Origin: Lama guanicoe
Lineage: Eukaryota
Length of the DNA: 64,000 bases
Direction: 5' to 3'
Assembly (NCBI GenBank): GCA_013239625.1
Contig: MU053881.1
Location: forward strand, 13,530,879 to 13,594,878
Below the pieces are notes generated by a model. The model was not told the DNA's origin, searched no databases, and worked only from the letters and a program-made list of their open reading frames with translations. How positions within the stretch are numbered: position 1 is the first letter of the stretch; the number at the start of each line of letters is the position of its first letter. A program made the translations under genes and the position numbers. Shown here in pieces: positions 26,316-38,921 of the stretch.

Positions 26316-29248
26316 CGTCTATTGCTTATCTTTCCTAATGTTCCATTTATACTTCCCTCTGCAAATAGATGGATGAAAGGGGACAACCAGCGCCTAAGTA
26401 CCACCAACCCTTAGCTTCAAGAGGGAAAAAACAGTAGATGAGCATTTATTTTGGTATTCAGGTTTCTTACAGTAAAATCGTAAGTGCTTTTCCAATCTAA
26501 TTTTAAAAGAATCTGGGATATAGGGTTTCTTTCCCAAGTCAGTTCAACTTCCCTCTAAGATTAAAATGGTCTGTGATGCCATGCCGTTCCTTCTAAATAT
26601 TCTTGTGCCCCTTCCAATACGGAGATGACATAAAAGACCCTCTTGGATCAACAGTGCCATTTACAAGATAGGCGAAGTATTTTGTTTGTTTGCTTGTTTG
26701 TTTTCTCTCCTGGTAAAGCTCTAACTATATTTTCCCAGTAGGGGATTTTTTTTTTTCCTTCTCTATGGCTCCGTAATCCATGATTCCTCTTTATTGTTTC
26801 AGTCTGTCTGTGGCTGCTTTCATGCTCCTGTTGCAGAGGTGAGTAGCCTGTAAAGTCTAAAATATTTACTATCAGGAAAAGTTTGCTGATTTCTGATTAA
26901 AATGATGTGGCAACAATTACATCACTGACAAGTGATTAAAAGGTGACTGGGCTCTGGCGTGCTCTACCTCTATCTACATAATTTGAAATCTTCATCCTAA
27001 TACCGAGGTTCTCCACATCTTGGCTGACGTTGCCAGCCATTCCATCTCTCTATTTTAGCCAGACATGGATTTCCTGATTAAGAAACTTACCTCAAGCTTC
27101 CCCATCGCCTGCTAATAACTGCAATAATATTTTACCCATCCTTCAAGGTTCATTTCTAATAGCATCTTTCCAGTAAAGGCTTTCCCTTTAATTCCAGCCA
27201 GCTGTGATCTCTTTTCCCTGCAATCTCCTTGGATTATGCTCTTCTAAGTTTATGCTTTTCTTGTGATATTAATATTCTGCGGCTTAATCATTTTTGCTAG
27301 CCTCCTCACCCTCACCTGCCACAATTTAGCTCCTTGCAGGGAGGAATGTTGTTAATTCACCTTTCTGTCCCCTGCAGAACTGAGCACATTTCCACGTGAA
27401 TTGATACTGAGTATATTCACTGAATGGCTAAATTAGATTCTGACATCCTGTGTCATAAAGATGACCCTGTTGTCTAAAGATGTCCCGGATACATCTCCTG
27501 GATACTGTTCACTCACACTAGTGACTTCTGATGACCACAGATTCCTAAGAGTTAGGAGGCCCTCACTTCAGCCTCAACTATGACAATTTGTCTCACAGAA
27601 CTTTGGCAGATTGTTCCTGCCCGAGTTGTTTAGTCAAAGATTGCCAAATGTTTGCACACTGCCTACGTTATTTTTGTCAAATTCACATACCACCTGCTCT
27701 GCTGTTTTATCAATATTTCCTTTTATTTGATCACCTTTAACTTGAAGTATTTAAAAGAAAGGTGATATCAGTACGTTTTATGGAATCCTAGCATTGTTGG
27801 CCATAAACGAAATACAGTCATGATGATAAAAACCAATGATCTGCATCTAAAGACTTAACTCCTCTCAGTCAAAACGGGCAAGTAACAACTTGGGGAGGAA
27901 GGTTGATGGCATCTTGGCATCAAACTGAGACTTTCTTATCTATGAATATCCAGAATCATCTCTTAGACTGTCCAGGGTCTACATGCCAACTTCTAGATGA
28001 AGTGCATGGCTGGAGCATACCAAATTCCCAAAGCACTCATTGATCCTGGTTGATACATCATTGGCTCTGACAGCTAAATCTTTCCATTCTAAACTGTTAA
28101 GATAAATTATGTTTTAAAAAGTGGATATTGATAGCTATTGGTGGTTGGACTTTCTGGCCTGCAAGGGACTTCATTTTATAGAGCAAGGGCTATGCTCCAC
28201 GTCACCACGTACCATAGCCCTCAGTAGGGACACTTCCACTCACAGGTCTTCATCATTTATTTGAACCTAAAACCCAAATTTGTCTTCTCAGGAGCTAGGG
28301 GCAAAACACGTCTTCACGTAGTTTCTATTATGGGAGGATTATGCTAAAACAAATGCAAGGAGAGAGTGGTTACTATCACCTCCTCTTTAGGTTTCCAATT
28401 AAAAGAAAATCTTCATTCTGACAGTTTGACTAGTTTTTCTCCATTTCTTTTTCTGAAGAGAAGCTTTTCTTAATCACAATGTGACACTTTTAGGATATTG
28501 TGAAGTGAGGATAATATTAGAACTTACCTCATAGTATTTTGTGAAAATTAAATGAGGTATAGAAATGTTAGCATATACGTACCAGGAAAGGTCATTTAAT
28601 AACAGCTGTGGCTTAGATGTTAGTTAAATAGTAAACCAAGGTGTATTTTTTATTATTAAGGTGTATTTTTTATTATCTATTGCTAATTAAGAAACTATGG
28701 GAATTATTTTATATAAATGCTTAGAAGGCAAAGAAGTTTGTTGTGGAATTCATTCCTTCAAAAGTTCATTGGTTCAACAAATACAGTTAGGTCTTATCAT
28801 GCATAAGTGGAGCTAATTGCAATTATTTGACATTGATGTTGCAGTATTTTTTTTTTTTACTAATAATAGGTCTCAGTTACCCAAATATTCAATTATTGAG
28901 GATCTTTTACCCCTTGTTCTTCTCCCAGTCATTCTTGTTCATAATTCTTTTCATAATGAATTTTCCTATTGATTCTTGCATGTATTTCTTTAGGACTATT
29001 TTTAAAGTTTTCAGGGTGATTGTTTCACACATGGCTATGCGAGTTGCTGGAATGTGAGTAGCAGTTATCTACCCTTGACATGAATCTGAGAGACCTTGCT
29101 ACATCCATTCAGCCCTTGTTGACCAGTTGCAAGGACACTCATGTAAGATAGATACGGTGCATTTGGGTCCCTGTTCTAGTCATATCCAAGGCTCTATGTC
29201 ACAATTTCTTAATCAAAAAGATATGGTTAGTAATACACCTATTCTACC

Positions 29249-29739
29249 TGCAGTAGACATTGGTGGCTCTTCTCTATTCAGCATTCATTCCTCCTCTTCC
29301 TGGCGCATTAATCATCTTTCTTTGGATAATTGTTCCTCAGCCATTCCCAGCCCACAAGGCTTGGATATGGCTCAGGACCAAGGGCGAACATAAGCCCATC
29401 AATGAGAGCAAGTGACAGGCTGAGGGTAGACCTGTCGCCCAATCTTCCACAGTGTCCTCTCCTGTAATTTTACTGGAGTTACTGAGTTGCTAATCCTCTC
29501 AGGGTTGCTAAACCAGAGCAATTGATGGTCATCTTTGGATGAGAGCCTGTCTGAGAATAAAGCCAACTTTCATAAAACAGAATTAGGAGGTGAAGTAGTT
29601 TAATCCTCTGAATCCACCTGTACCCAAAGCTGAACAACGTTAACTTTTTCTGTTCACATGACCTTAAAATAATCACTTACTTTAGCTAGTTTGAGTTTGG
29701 TTCCTGTCACTCTCAACCCTCAGAGCACTGAATAATACA
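29249..29739 (+). mobile_element. MLT1-like (ERVL-MaLR) solo LTR
   Basis: TG...CA ends. The 3' end GTTTGAGTTTGGTTCCTGTCACTCTCAACC...ACTGAATAATACA is typical of old MLT1 LTRs. Confidence 0.6.
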
Positions 29740-31094
29740 CTTCAAAGAATTAAATGAATAACTGTTGGTGTTTATCACAAAGTGGGCCAGCTCGTAAGCA
29801 AGGACTCACTAGGTATGAGCTATCAATAATAACTGAAATTACAATGTATCAATTACTGAGTGCCTCGTACAAGTTAGGTAAACGCACTGTGCTTGGGGAA
29901 TAATAAAAAAAACAAGAGTAGAAGTTCTTGTAGAATTAGCCAATGGAGATGTTTCCAAAGGGGGTTTAAAGCAAACAAAAATAATACAGAAACAATAAAG
30001 CAAGACACCACAGTTGGCAAGAAGTGCGCAGAAGCAGGGAAAGTAACTCTGCCTGAGGCTGGAGACAGCTGGAGCTTTAAGACCTTCACATGCCAAGTCC
30101 TTGAACTTCTGGAGGATCCTTGACATATAATATAAAGCATACTAAAATCTACCTTTCCCATATGAAATTTAAATTTGTATAATTACAGACATAGGATTAC
30201 ATTTTTATAGACATTTAATTAAACATTCATTAATTTCAACACTGCAGTTTGCTTTTCTAAATTTGGATCCAATAGGTACATTTTTCAGAATTCAAACATT
30301 TTTTTATGGGCCCTCACTCAAAAGGCTTGTAAAGCCTCGGCTTTCTAACTGAGGCATCAATTAGAAAAACCAATCCTGGTAGAGAAGCAAGAGGAAAGGC
30401 CTCAGGTAGTGTGAGCCATATTCTGGAAAGCTCCGTTCTGCACATTGGATTACCTATCTCTGGCCGTCTCTCACTGGCCATCCCTAAGGAACCAGCCTGA
30501 GAGAGATTTTGAGAAATTATTTCTTAGGACCCCCAGTGTCATGGCGTATACATCAGTTTTGCTCATTTATTTATATTGAGAAGCACACCTCTCCTTCCCC
30601 GCGGGTCTGGAGAAGCAGTTGGTAAAAAGGACTTCTCTCCCTTCCCGGCATAAGGGATGTGGCGTTTCCTTGCTGCTCAGACTGTGCCTGACTCTAATTA
30701 GTACCCCCATGGTGTCAGAGCTCAGGTAATTTCCTCCTCTAATCATTTTACCTCCATCTGGGGCATCGGTAATTTCATTTTGTGCTTTGAGGCCCACTCT
30801 CCTGTAACCTTGAAGATCGATTAATTTGAGGTGGTGCTAAAAGGTATTTTCGTTCAAAAGGTGTCCAGTAACCCCAGCTTTTAAAATTTCCTATTGGTTG
30901 TTTGATTGCTAAATCAAATCGTTCTTGCATACAGAGATCCTTTTGTCTGGGCTAAAATTTTATTTCTGTTATGTTAACTTAGTGGGTGAGACAATCTGAG
31001 AACTGTGGCGTGGACAAATCTGCAGGAGTTTTATATACAAGGTCACACTGTTATCAGGAAGAGCCTGATCCCATTAATTTTTTCTTAAAACCTG

Positions 31095-31240
31095 TATAAT
31101 CTTATAGCTACTTAATCTCTGCTTCTGTTTCCTCACACATAAAATGGGGATAATAATAATGAACATTTCACAGCCACGTTGTGAGAATTAAATATGTTAC
31201 CATATATAAAGCATTTGGAATAGCATCCTACACACTGATA
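31095..31240 (+). mobile_element. MIR
   Basis: TGTTTCCTCAC...AAAATGGGGATAATAATA...GTTGTGAGAATTAAAT. Confidence 0.7.
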
Positions 31241-32699
31241 TTATTATTTTATTATTATTACTACATGTTATATTTTAGTTAAATAGTTTAAATTGATTTC
31301 TATGTCATCGGATTTACTGTGGTCAAGAATTTTACAGTGACTCAAGTCAAACGTCAGTGCTACCTACTGAAGGAGAAACAGGCAGGACTCAGTGGGCATA
31401 GAATTCACATTTCTAATTCTGCAGAGTAGAACCTCATTAACCTATAAGCCCATAATTTGGAATTTATGGTAATTTATGAGAAATTTCAATTTCCAGTGCC
31501 TGGGAACGCAAAGTTTACCAGACAAATAAATTAAGGGTATTTTTGACTAGCATAAGGGAAAAAAAATTGATAAAATTTAACTACCATATGAATATTCTTC
31601 AGCACACAAAAAATAATGAAAGGTGCATTCATATATAAGATATATAGAGAGGTTATTTTAAATGTTCCTTGTTTGTGTATTACAGTTGGTCCAAGAAGCC
31701 ACATACTGGACAACACTTTATTAGTAATTAGTAAATTTGTACTGAAAGCAATTAATGTATATATTCTTTCCATATATTATTTCTGACTTTCTCCCTACTT
31801 TTCAATATTACTGAAATTTCTGCACACTATTTACAAAGACCCCAATCAATAGTTAAAGCTGAGAGATTCATTATTCATTTTAAAAAAGGATAATAAATAC
31901 AAAGGTTTAGTCCATTTGGCAAAACTTAGCCCATGTTCCTCCTCCGTCATCATCACCTCTGATGCTGCACCAGCAGCAGGAGGTCAGGGAGGACGACCTG
32001 CCACCTGCGGGCATATCCCCCACTTGTTCTTCAACAGGAGAAAGGCTACGGCATTGAATACCCCCTTACCCGCCTCCCAGCTGAACTGTGTGAGGTTCCA
32101 GGGAGGGAATCAAGTGGCAGAGGCACACAGTGGCTCACCTTTTGAATTTTATACTATCAGCATATAATATCTATTCAAAAAATTTTAAAACGTTTTTGAT
32201 GATTTAATACAGTTGTGTAATCCTTCTCCATCAGAATATTGTCTTTCCTTGGCTTAAGTCACACCACGGTGGTTTTCCTCTTCCCCTTTGGACCGTTTCT
32301 AATTTCACTCTTCTGATTGGCTGTAATCGTCCTTTTCCAGAAGATTCTCTTCTAGATCCTCTGGTCTTATTCTGTTCATCCTCCCTACAGAAGTCTCTTA
32401 TATTCCCATGATTTAAGTTGTTTGCATGTGCAAGATCATCAAATATAGACGTATTCAATAAAATATATGTATTAGGTTTCTACTCTAGGGACTAGGAACT
32501 AGAATACAGCAACTAGCAAAACAGACAAAATTCTTGGTTTTTCTGAACTTTAATTCCATGCGGGAAGATAGAATTACCATGGACAACGTTAAATGTGTTA
32601 GATTGTAATATGTTCTAAAGAGAAAAAATCAGACAGAAAGGGAAGTAACGTGTCAGGGTGGAATATGGACATTTGGTTTTGGCCCCAAGTCAGCCCTCA

Positions 32700-33560
32700 G
32701 TTCTGAGCTTAGATGCGTATATCCAAGCATTCAGTGCACCTGAGACGGCTGGCACCTTAAACTTACGATGCCCCGAACTGAATGTGCTATCCCCATCACC
32801 TTTCTTCTACCATGACCACTGAGTTGCTCAAACCAGAATGCATGAGCCATCCTTGAATCCTTCAACTCCCCTACTCCCCATATCCCATGTGTCACAGAGT
32901 TAGCCAGTTCTCCCACACAGCTCTAGATACTTCTTTCTGTCTGCACTGTCACTAGCCTAATTCAGACCAACATCAACTCTCACCTGGATTCCTGCAATCA
33001 GAGATCCCCTACAGCCATTGCCACCTTCCCCCACTGTGAGTAAAACTCATCTTGTCACTCCTCTGCTTCAATAGGTCAATGGCACCAAATTGCTCCTGCC
33101 CAGCTCCCCCACCACTTCACTCTTGGACTCACTCTTACCCTTGTCCCCTAGTCTTCCTGTTCTTCCTTCATTCTTCATTTATGCCATCCTCTCTTGGGTC
33201 TTGCCAAAGATACTTGCACATACTATTTCTTCTTCCTGGATTATTCTTCCCTCAACTTTTCATCAGGTTAACCCACCTCTCAAATCTCAATTAAAACATC
33301 ACGCCATCAGGCAAGTTTTACCCAAATCTTCCGAGTTATTTGCATGAATGATGGATTCCATAATATCCTATTTTTCCCCACAATACATGCTACATCTGTT
33401 ACGACTTCTATATTGCTCTTTACCGCATTGGCATGTAAGCTTCAAAAAGATAATGACCATGTATGTCTGCCTTTTCAACACATCATCCCCAATGCTTGTT
33501 AAATAATGTTTGATGCAGAGTTGGTACCCAATCTATATTTACAGAACAAATGAATAAATG
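32700..33560 (+). mobile_element. L2 fragment
   Basis: L2 body (CATCAACTCTCACCTGGATTCCTGCAA) ending AAATGAATAAATG. Confidence 0.65.
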
Positions 33561-34199
33561 TTATAGCGAAGACAAATAGCAGATGATTAGTGATTGTTGT
33601 TACTTGGCATTTGCATGCTTCATACTCAGGGATGATTTTGAATCATGATCTCCTAAGAGTACTCACATATTGCCTTCTCCTTGTACATCTGGGATCACGG
33701 AGGATGCTCTCCAGCAGCTGACACATTTCCAGAATCCAGCAGTGCCTTCCTTTGCACATTATTGTTCCAATTTTCACATTCCTAGGCAGCACTGTCAGCC
33801 AAGTCTTCCAGAGGGATGCCCTGGAGTTGATTCTGCTGTAAAATAGAGACCCACTTTAGACATAAATTGATCTCAGATTTTGTAACCAGTAGGGATATCT
33901 CTCTCATTATATTAGCTACAGTTATTATTAAGAAATAACACTGAGATGTTAACACATAAAGAAAATAAATATGATTTTGTCTTTTCTCCTTTTGATTGCT
34001 GCTAGGGCCTTTAATACATTTCCTTCTTAACCTTACCTTAATTCCCTTGAAATATCTGCTCCTCTCTTCTCAGGCTAATCTATATGCCTTCTCAGGATAA
34101 TTGCACCAGATTTATGTCCACTCTTTATGTCCTTTATAAAGTCTATTACGGCTTGTTTGCTTTCTTGTTCACTCATTATCCCTTATTCATTAAAAAGTA

Positions 34200-34385
34200 C
34201 TAATATTTATTAATCACACGCCAACCACTACACATATATTTATATCATTCTACAACAGCCAAAGGAGAAGACAGTATTATTATTTTAATTTTTGCAGAAG
34301 AGGAAACTGAGGCTTAGAGAGCCTGCTCAAGTCACAGATACTAAGTGTTTGAACTGGGATTTGAGCCCAAAGGTCTGCCTCCAGT
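34200..34385 (-). mobile_element. MIR
   Basis: TTTTGCAGAAGAGGAAACTGAGGCTTAGAGAG...CTGGGATTTGAGCCCA. Confidence 0.7.
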
Positions 34386-35489
34386 TTATTTGAAACTTTC
34401 AGTGTGCACTGTGCTATTGTCTTACTTGCTGAGATGCAAGTTACTTTTACTTTAACTCTTTGCCTTTCTTTTCTTGAATTTTCTGTATAGATGAGGTCTT
34501 CAATAAATGTTTAACCTTTCACTGGGCTATTATTAATAGCGGGTGACAAATGATGGTATTCATGGTTTTGTTCTGTTTATGGAGTTTTGTCCTTTCAACT
34601 CAAGCTGAACTGGGCCTAAATAAGAAAGGCTGGTGATGCAGCAAGTGCAACGTGGACAGCTAACGGTCAGAAGGAAAACCCTGTTTTGAGGTCCGGAGGA
34701 AGAAAAGCTTTCTAGGGCTTCACCAGGTGGTGAAGTTCAAACTGCGCTGGGAATCTTCTGGCATAATGTTAATAATCTAAACTTTACCCCCTTCAATATG
34801 GTAAGTTTGTGTAAAAGATTCCCATTGTGTGTGAGTCAAGAGAAAGAGGGAAATGGGCAATTTTCTTGGGCCATAGGTCTGTATTTTGATTCCTTGAGTC
34901 TCAAACCAAGTTAGTACGGACAGGAGAGTTACAGATTTCCATTCTCCCTTCCCTCTCTCCCTACCTCCATCCCTCCCTGGCTCTCTGTCGCGTGTGCACG
35001 TATCTTGGATGGACTCCTAGGACTCGCGGTCGGGTAGCTCGCCACGCTGTGCGTGTGCACAGTCCAGGGGGCTGTTTTACCTGTCTCTAATCCAGAAACT
35101 CCCTTTGTCGGTGAAGGCACACACTCTGCCTTCCTGCTCGCCTTCCACCCTACTCGGATTCCCGCCTCCCAGCCCTCCCGCCTCCGCACTTCCCCTGGAG
35201 TCATTCCCCCAGCGGCCTCAGAATGACCTCTGACCTTGGCGGAGGAGGAGGAGGGAGGTTGTCAAGAGGTCAATAAGTCGAGCGCCAATCGGACCCGGCC
35301 CCTGAGGAGTCCCGGGAGCAGCGGCGGGCGCCCCCTCCCCTCCGCAGACTCGCGGCCCGGCGCGCCGGGGGCGGTGCGCGCGCCCGCGCCTCTCGCGGCT
35401 GCCGGGGGCTCCGCGGGCCGGGGAGCCGCTCTGCGCTTGGTGCCTGCGGTCGGCAAGGTCGGGAAGAGGGAGTCAAGATGGTCTAATAG

Positions 35490-35695
35490 GGACGGTGGCT
35501 TTGGAGTGCAGTGTCGGTTTTACCTCTAGTCACCTGAGTGACCTTGGGCAAGTTTCGTAGCTTTAGCGCGCCAGTTTCTAAATCCATAGTACAGGGAAAG
35601 TGAGATGCTATGCTGCCTAACCTGGGCTTGCAAGAATGAACTCATGAAGCAGTCCTGGCACGTAGTAGGTACTCAGATAATACTGACAATGATAG
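35490..35695 (+). mobile_element. MIR inside the promoter CpG island
   Basis: GTGACCTTGGGCAAGTT...CCAGTTTCT...CCTGGCACGTAGTAGGTACTCA. Confidence 0.7.
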
Positions 35696-35989
35696 GAGGA
35701 GTCACAAGTTATGCTTTGGGGTCCGGACGTAGGTTTGAGCTCTGAGTTTTCCAGTTATTCACCAAGGATAGGGGGAGGGGGGCGGGAGCACCTGCCCTCC
35801 CCTCCCCTGCGCCCTCGTTGCCGGATAAACTCAGGAGAACCGGGAGAATCCTTCGTCCCGGGCCGGGGCGCCTTCAGACGGCCCCGCCGCCGGAGCCCTG
35901 TGGCATCTCCTGGCGCCCGCGGCACGTCTCTTTCCCTCGAGCTGAGGGAAAATTTCTTCCGTGAGCTGAGTAACTCCCTCCCTCTCCAA

Positions 35990-36326
35990 CCCCGGGGCTC
36001 ACTCGCTCGCTGCTGCCGCTGGGTCCCGGCGGCCGCGGCAAGCCGAGTCGAGCCTCCGGCGGGAGGGAAGAGGCAGCCCCGGGGTGTGCGAGTTCTTCCC
36101 GGCTCCGGGCAGAGGAGCGAGGACGAGGTGGCGCGGAGACTGCGGGCGGGAGCGGCCGCCGGGCTCCCCCTCGTTTTGCCCGCCTTCTAGGGACTGCTAG
36201 GGCTTTGTGCGCGCCGAGGCACCGCCAGGTGTCCGTCCTCGCCGCCCGCCCACCGCGGCCGGGGCCGAGGGGCCGGGGACGCCAGCGCCGCGCGGCGGGA
36301 GGGGGCGGCGAGCTCAGGCCTGCGAG
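35990..36326 (+). other. GABRB2: Probable non-coding first exon of GABRB2 (5' boundary uncertain)
   Basis: Strong donor GAG|GTAAGG at 36326/36327 inside the CpG island, with no ATG between ~35760 and 36326. Candidate acceptors lie downstream at 37393, 37409 and 37510. Confidence 0.6.
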
Positions 36327-36627
36327 GTAAGGAGGGGCGCGCGGCGGGCGGGCGCGGAGGGGGCCGCACGTGCGCGCGCGTGTGCGCGTGCGCTGAGGGG
36401 GCGTGGGGGGCCGGCCGGGCGCGTCCCGCCCGGCCGCCCGCCCTTCCTGCACGCGGTCGCCGCGGGAGCCTCCCTCTCGCCCCGAGCACCCCCAGGCCCC
36501 TGCGTCCCATCACCCCGCATCCAAACCCCACCCTTCCTACTCATAATTTCCCAGTGCAGCAGCAGACCTAAACCTGGAGAGACAGCACTGCCTTTCTGCT
36601 CCCCTCGCCCGCCCCCACCACCTCCTG

Positions 36628-36637
36628 CTATAAATAA
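36628..36637 (+). promoter_or_regulatory. Overlapping TATA box / MEF2 site CTATAAATAA
   Basis: Matches both TATAAA and YTA(A/T)4TAR. It is an isolated AT-rich motif within GC-rich sequence. Confidence 0.5.
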
Positions 36638-37446
36638 TCCGGACTCGCGGGTCAGGCACGTCACACGGCGAGAAACCGGGACCCCGAGGTTTTCTTCTCT
36701 GGGAATAGGGGGCATAGGGGGAGGAGGAGGAGGAGAAAGAAATCGCCCGTGAGTAGTGAAGAAAAGCTTGCTCCTTGCCTCCTATGAAAGACCAAGCTTC
36801 ATTTTATTCTTTTCTTTCTTTTCCTTATTTTTCCGTGTCCTTCTTATTCTCCACGCTACCTCCCCACTCCACTCCCGGCCCCAAATCCAACGCATTGCTT
36901 AGCACTCCTCCCATTGGTTTCTTCCCTCCCCCCGCCTTCGACTCCTGCTCCCACTGTCCCCTACCCTCCCCCAGCCGCACAACCCCCACCTCCAGCACCC
37001 ATCTCGCCCGAGGCAGGGGATGCCATGGAAATAAAGTTCAGACTCCTCTCTTTGCCGCTTGCCGAGACCAGAAGTGGGCTCCTGGGCACCCATCTTCCCC
37101 TAGCACTACACACCTGCTAGACCTTACATTCCTAATCTGGTTTTGCATATTTAAGAGAAGACACACACACACGCACCCCCAAACCCCACAACCCGCGAGG
37201 TGCAAAGCTGCCTCCTGCAACTACCGAAACTTACCAGACGCTTTCGTTGCTTTTGCCTTAAAGAAAGAACAACAAAGATTTTACTCTGGCTTCCTCCTGT
37301 GGGGTGACTTTACTATATTATTCAAATACGTATATATTATGGATATATATGTTTTTTCTTTTTTCCCCTTTAATTTTTTTTTCCTTTAACAAGAAAATCT
37401 CGGTCCCAGGCAACCGCTGCTGCCCCTTTGATGTTTTGGTACGCCG

Positions 37447-37457
37447 TGCGCATGCGC
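37447..37457. promoter_or_regulatory. NRF1-type motif TGCGCATGCGC
   Basis: 11/12 match to YGCGCAYGCGCR, ~90 nt upstream of the ATG. Confidence 0.55.
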
Positions 37458-37467
37458 CTCACATTAG

Positions 37468-37620
<153 letters not shown>

Positions 37621-37775
37621 TAAGTGTGTCTTTCGTTTCTTTTCCGTTTCTCACTTTGAAGGGCTCTGCCTGCATACCTCTGTGAGCAGGGATCTGTAGT
37701 GAGGATGAGATAGATGCTGAAGACGCTGTGCCTGCTGTCTTATTGATGCCTGTTTATTGTCTTTTCTCTCTTTAG

Positions 37776-37867
37776 TGTCAATGACCCTAGTAATATGTCG
37801 CTGGTTAAAGAGACGGTGGATAGACTCCTGAAAGGCTATGATATTCGGCTGAGACCAGATTTTGGAG
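37776..37867 (+). CDS. GABRB2: GABA-A receptor subunit beta-2, second coding exon
   Basis: Pyrimidine tract plus TTTAG acceptor. 92 nt, phase-compatible with the previous exon. Translates (S)[30 protein letters not shown](G), containing the Cys-loop receptor YDxRLRP motif. Donor GAG|GTAATG. Confidence 0.98.
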
Positions 37868-38699
37868 GTAATGGAGTTCCCTTGGAAATAAGCTACAGCC
37901 CAAATGTCTTTTGAGCTTTGTGCGCTGTCTTCTCTTTCCCTCATTGTGGGTTGCATGTGGTGTTCTGAACGTGTCTCTGTGTTACCATATTGAGAAACGG
38001 ACCCAAACTTAAGGCGGTTTGTCCCTATCCAGCACTTAGATGGTCTTTCAGAGAGGACACCCCCCACCCCACCCCCCCAGCTTGTATTGGTGACTGCTGT
38101 CCTTCAGCTTCACTGCTTAAATCCTTTGCTTCACTGTCTTTGCCTTGTTGAGATACAAACCTCCTAAGTTTACTTAATGATGTGCCCAGTGAACCTGGCT
38201 TACTGAAGGCCATCGTGAACATTTTTGAGGACAAGATGTGCAGACTGTTTGGTTGAGAAGTGGCATTAACCCCCTGTGCCCGCCTACTTTGGAAGAGTTC
38301 TGGCCGTGATTTAAAGTGGCTGGTGTCTGGATATTATCCAGTGCTGGGAAGCCTCAGTGCAGGGGAAGAGGGTTAAAACCTGAACAGAGTGGGGGTGGGA
38401 AGAATGAGGAGGGGGTTTCAGTACCATCTATAAAATTCCCTGGGGCTCTCCTGATACCCGGAGCTTTTGTGAGTTGTGTGTATTCTCACGCTGAGACATC
38501 TACATATGTAGACTAAGCTGGAATCCCTCACCCATCCGGACACGTGCTTGTCGGTTCAATAGAACATTTCCCAGAGGAGTACCTGTCACCCTTAAAAAAA
38601 AAAAAAAAAAGCAGAGTGAAGAATTTGAGGGTGAGCCGTGGGGAGGGATTTGGGACAGTGCCTCCCGTGCCCGGGACTACTTTTGCTAAGAAAGATTGA

Positions 38700-38921
<222 letters not shown>

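Larger units (their letters stand above)
34985..36750. promoter_or_regulatory. CpG island / GABRB2 promoter
   Basis: Very GC- and CpG-dense against an AT-rich background. CCAAT at ~35285 and several GC boxes. Lies 0.8-2.5 kb upstream of the ATG and is interrupted by a MIR at ~35490-35695. Confidence 0.92.

Noticed and set aside
34929..37389. Long overlapping ORFs (up to 204 aa) on both strands of the CpG island
   Set aside because: Low-complexity Arg/Gly/Pro/Ala or Phe/Ser translations, expected where GC-rich or pyrimidine-rich DNA lacks stop codons; no recognisable domain.
37651..38067. 138-aa minus-strand ORF overlapping coding exon 2
   Set aside because: Antisense shadow of the real exon and introns, with no recognisable protein features.
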